From Candidatus Omnitrophota bacterium (GTDB lineage: Bacteria; Omnitrophota; Gorgyraeia; Zapsychrales; Zapsychraceae): a stretch of DNA of 64,000 bases. The stretch spans positions 77,867 to 141,866 of the forward strand of contig JAJDCA010000044.1 in the NCBI GenBank assembly GCA_029261055.1. Reading direction: 5' to 3'. The notes under the pieces were generated by a model. The model ran no database searches and was not told the DNA's origin. It saw only the letters and a list, made by a program, of their open reading frames with translations. The stretch's first letter is position 1, and each line of letters opens with the position of its first letter. The position numbers and the translations under genes were made by a program. Positions 61,498-64,000 of the stretch are shown piece after piece.

Positions 61498-62375
61498 CAT
61501 TATTTACCATTATTACTTTATTGCTATTTTCTTCACCAGTATTCGCCCAAAGAGATTTTACAAACGTAGTCATTAATACAATCCCTGTCAGCGGAAATAT
61601 TTACATGTTGGAAGGATCTGGCGGAAACATTGGCGTATCGGTAGGAGAGGACGGCATTTTGTTGGTGGATGATCAGTTTGCACCTCTTTCGGATAAAATT
61701 CAAAAGGCCCTAACCGACATCAAAGATGTCCCTGTCAAATTTGTCCTGAATACGCACTGGCATGGTGATCACACAGGCGGCAATGAACATTTTGGGGCTT
61801 CCGCCACGATTATTGCGCATGACAATGTGCGTAAACGACTTTCCGAAAAACAAGTAATTGAACTTTTTGATAGTGTCAAAGAACCTTCGCCTAAAGGGGC
61901 ATTGCCTGCCGTAACTTTTTCTAAAAATTTATCGGTTCATTTCAACGGGGAAGAAATCAAAGTTATCCATTTCCCCAATGGACATACCGACGGTGATAGT
62001 GTCATATTCTTTACGCAATCCAATGTCGTGCATATGGGAGACCATTTCTTTGCCGGACGATTTCCATTTATTGATTTATCCAGCGGTGGTAATGTGAAAG
62101 GATACACGGCTAATGTCGCAAAACTCATTAAACAAATTCCGAACAATGCGAAAATCATCCCGGGCCATGGCGAATTAGCCACAAAAAAAGAATTAGAAAC
62201 ATTTCATCAAATGCTCACAAAAACAACTCATATTATTCAATCTAAAATTGCGGAAAAAAAGTCACTCGAAGAAATTCAAAAAGAAAGCCTGCCCGATACA
62301 TGGAAATCCTGGGGAACAGGATTTATTAATACAGAATCTTGGATTAAGATTGTTTACAATAGTTTAACACAATGA
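61488..62375 (+). CDS. exported metallo-beta-lactamase-fold hydrolase
   Basis: Signal peptide; NTHWHGDHTGGN, GHTDGD, HMGD, IPGHG. Confidence 0.92.
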   Translation: MHITLFTIITLLLFSSPVFAQRDFTNVVINTIPVSGNIYMLEGSGGNIGVSVGEDGILLVDDQFAPLSDKIQKALTDIKDVPVKFVLNTHWHGDHTGGNEHFGASATIIAHDNVRKRLSEKQVIELFDSVKEPSPKGALPAVTFSKNLSVHFNGEEIKVIHFPNGHTDGDSVIFFTQSNVVHMGDHFFAGRFPFIDLSSGGNVKGYTANVAKLIKQIPNNAKIIPGHGELATKKELETFHQMLTKTTHIIQSKIAEKKSLEEIQKESLPDTWKSWGTGFINTESWIKIVYNSLTQ

Positions 62376-64000
62376 TACCTAACAAACGCGACCACACAAA
62401 ACTTATCTGCGACATTGGTGAATTAACGAATCTGTTTACAGATTCTTCCGACCTCGAGAATTTTTTACAAAAAACTGTCGAAATGATTGCGCATCATATG
62501 TATGCCGATGTCTGCTCGATTTATTTGTATTATGCGGATACACGTGAGCTTGTATTAAATGCCACAACCGGTCTCAACCCGGATTTTATCGGCAATATCA
62601 GCTTAAAATTGGGAGAAGGGCTTAGCGGGCTTGCCCTTAAAGAATTACGCCCTATCTGCGAACGTCAAGCCAGTACCAATCCAAATTTTAAATTCTTTCA
62701 AGGCTTGGGAGAAGAAAAATTTGAGTCGTTTTTAGCGGTACCGATTTCTCGGGGGACGACAAAAATTGGTACGATGGTTGTTCAAAACACCAAAAAGAAT
62801 TTTTTTCAACCGAACGACATTCACGTTCTCAAGGCTATTACGACCCAGCTGGCTAATACCATTGAAATGACCCGCCTTATTTTATCTATCGAAGAAAATC
62901 ATGATCTCAAACGTGATTTTCTTGATGATACCGAAGTTGATTTCTCTCTCATTAAGGGAAAAGTGGGATCAACCGGTGGAGACATATCCGGATTTGTGAT
63001 GGCAAAAAGTTACACGTTGTCAGACTCCTCAGACACTTTTTCAGTTTCACCGGAACAATTCCCCGCATGCTCCCTTGATGATTTTTATGCGGCGGCTAAA
63101 CGTTCTGAGCAACAATTAGAACAGATGCAAAAACGTGTTGAGGAACAACTATCCGATGTAGCTTCTTTAATTTTTACAGCCCAAATTTTGATGCTAAAAG
63201 ATAAAGCCTTTATGAATGCTATGGTCGATCTTATTAAAAATGATATCAATCCGCCTGAAGCTGTTATTCAAATAACAAAACTCTACATTGAAAAATTTAA
63301 GAAATTGCCACAAAGTTATTTGCGAGAAAAAAGCCATGATGTTTTTGATGTTGGTAAACGATTATTAGAAAACCTCACAGGACAGGGCGCACACCTTCCA
63401 ACATGCGAAGGACATATTGTCATTGCACCACAACTTCTCCCATCTGATGTCTTAAAATTAGCCTCCCAAAATGTGTGTGGTGTCATCCTATTAAGTGGTG
63501 GTGTCACCGGCCATGTGGCTATTCTCGCGCGTTCTTTGGCTTTGCCGGTTGTTATTGTAAATATGCCGCAGATCATGGATATTCCTCACGGGACAAAAAT
63601 TCTTTTTGATACTGTTTCGGGAAATATCTATGTTGATCCTTCAAAACAGATCATCAAAACATATCAGGATAAAAAATCTGCCGGTGCCCACGCCCAAATT
63701 AAAGAAGGTAAAGTTTCTGTTTCAAAAATCACAAAAACACGTGATGATGTAAAAATAAACCTCCTGGCCAATGTAAATCTTTTAAGCGATTTGCGCATTG
63801 CTAAGGCTTTTAGAGCCCAAGGAGTGGGGCTTTACCGCAGTGAATTTCCATTTATTGTCCGACGTAATTTTCCCAGTGAAGAAGAACAGTTTCTCATTTA
63901 TCAAAAGCTTATCGACATCATAGACGGCCAGCCATTGACATTTCGGACATTAGATATCGGGGGGGATAAGGTTTTATCTTACTTTCAGGATTATTCGATG
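62372..64000 (+). CDS. ptsP: GAF-domain PTS enzyme I (EI-Ntr), truncated by the window end; not in ORF track
   Basis: ATGA overlap; N-terminal ADVCSIYL...GEGLSG GAF region, GGVTGHVAILARS phospho-His, GVGLYRSEF and FRTLDIGGDK. Confidence 0.92.
   Translation, partial: MIPNKRDHTKLICDIGELTNLFTDSSDLENFLQKTVEMIAHHMYADVCSIYLYYADTRELVLNATTGLNPDFIGNISLKLGEGLSGLALKELRPICERQASTNPNFKFFQGLGEEKFESFLAVPISRGTTKIGTMVVQNTKKNFFQPNDIHVLKAITTQLANTIEMTRLILSIEENHDLKRDFLDDTEVDFSLIKGKVGSTGGDISGFVMAKSYTLSDSSDTFSVSPEQFPACSLDDFYAAAKRSEQQLEQMQKRVEEQLSDVASLIFTAQILMLKDKAFMNAMVDLIKNDINPPEAVIQITKLYIEKFKKLPQSYLREKSHDVFDVGKRLLENLTGQGAHLPTCEGHIVIAPQLLPSDVLKLASQNVCGVILLSGGVTGHVAILARSLALPVVIVNMPQIMDIPHGTKILFDTVSGNIYVDPSKQIIKTYQDKKSAGAHAQIKEGKVSVSKITKTRDDVKINLLANVNLLSDLRIAKAFRAQGVGLYRSEFPFIVRRNFPSEEEQFLIYQKLIDIIDGQPLTFRTLDIGGDKVLSYFQDYSM

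Overview
Low-GC bacterial chromosomal segment; gene style suggests a PVC-type organism, possibly Ca. Omnitrophota (inference only). It has two interleaved components. (1) An aerobic energy cluster: hemA, a membrane-domain/ferrochelatase fusion, an antiporter-PTS EIIA fusion, a complete F1Fo ATP synthase operon, a Rieske/split cytochrome b/octaheme cytochrome c complex, a lone NuoF-like flavoprotein, an A1-type cytochrome c oxidase with assembly genes, a 7Fe ferredoxin, and a partial ptsP at the right edge. (2) Four paralogous large exported proteins (about 1107, 1048, 3226 and 1314 aa) plus an orphan fifth C-terminus. They share a signal peptide, a ~330-aa N-terminal domain ending in P(R/K)(K/R)YFSGG and a C-terminal GGI(N/D)xx...GxxxP domain. 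The middles are unrelated: a HIGH-type nucleotidyltransferase; Nudix plus MazG-like pyrophosphatases; HEAT/coiled-coil/MgtE_N/DUF3179-like domains; and nested signal-plus-TM proteins. Short D-x-A-(M/Q/A/S) motifs mark most module borders. This 'chassis plus exchangeable cargo' family is the best candidate for an undescribed system. Seven TA-like pairs are present, one translationally coupled inside the atp operon. There are also many short palindromic or MITE-like elements, two of them in-frame in CDSs. No rRNA, tRNA, CRISPR array, transposase or integrase was seen. All domain calls are by-eye motif recognition; no database search was run.
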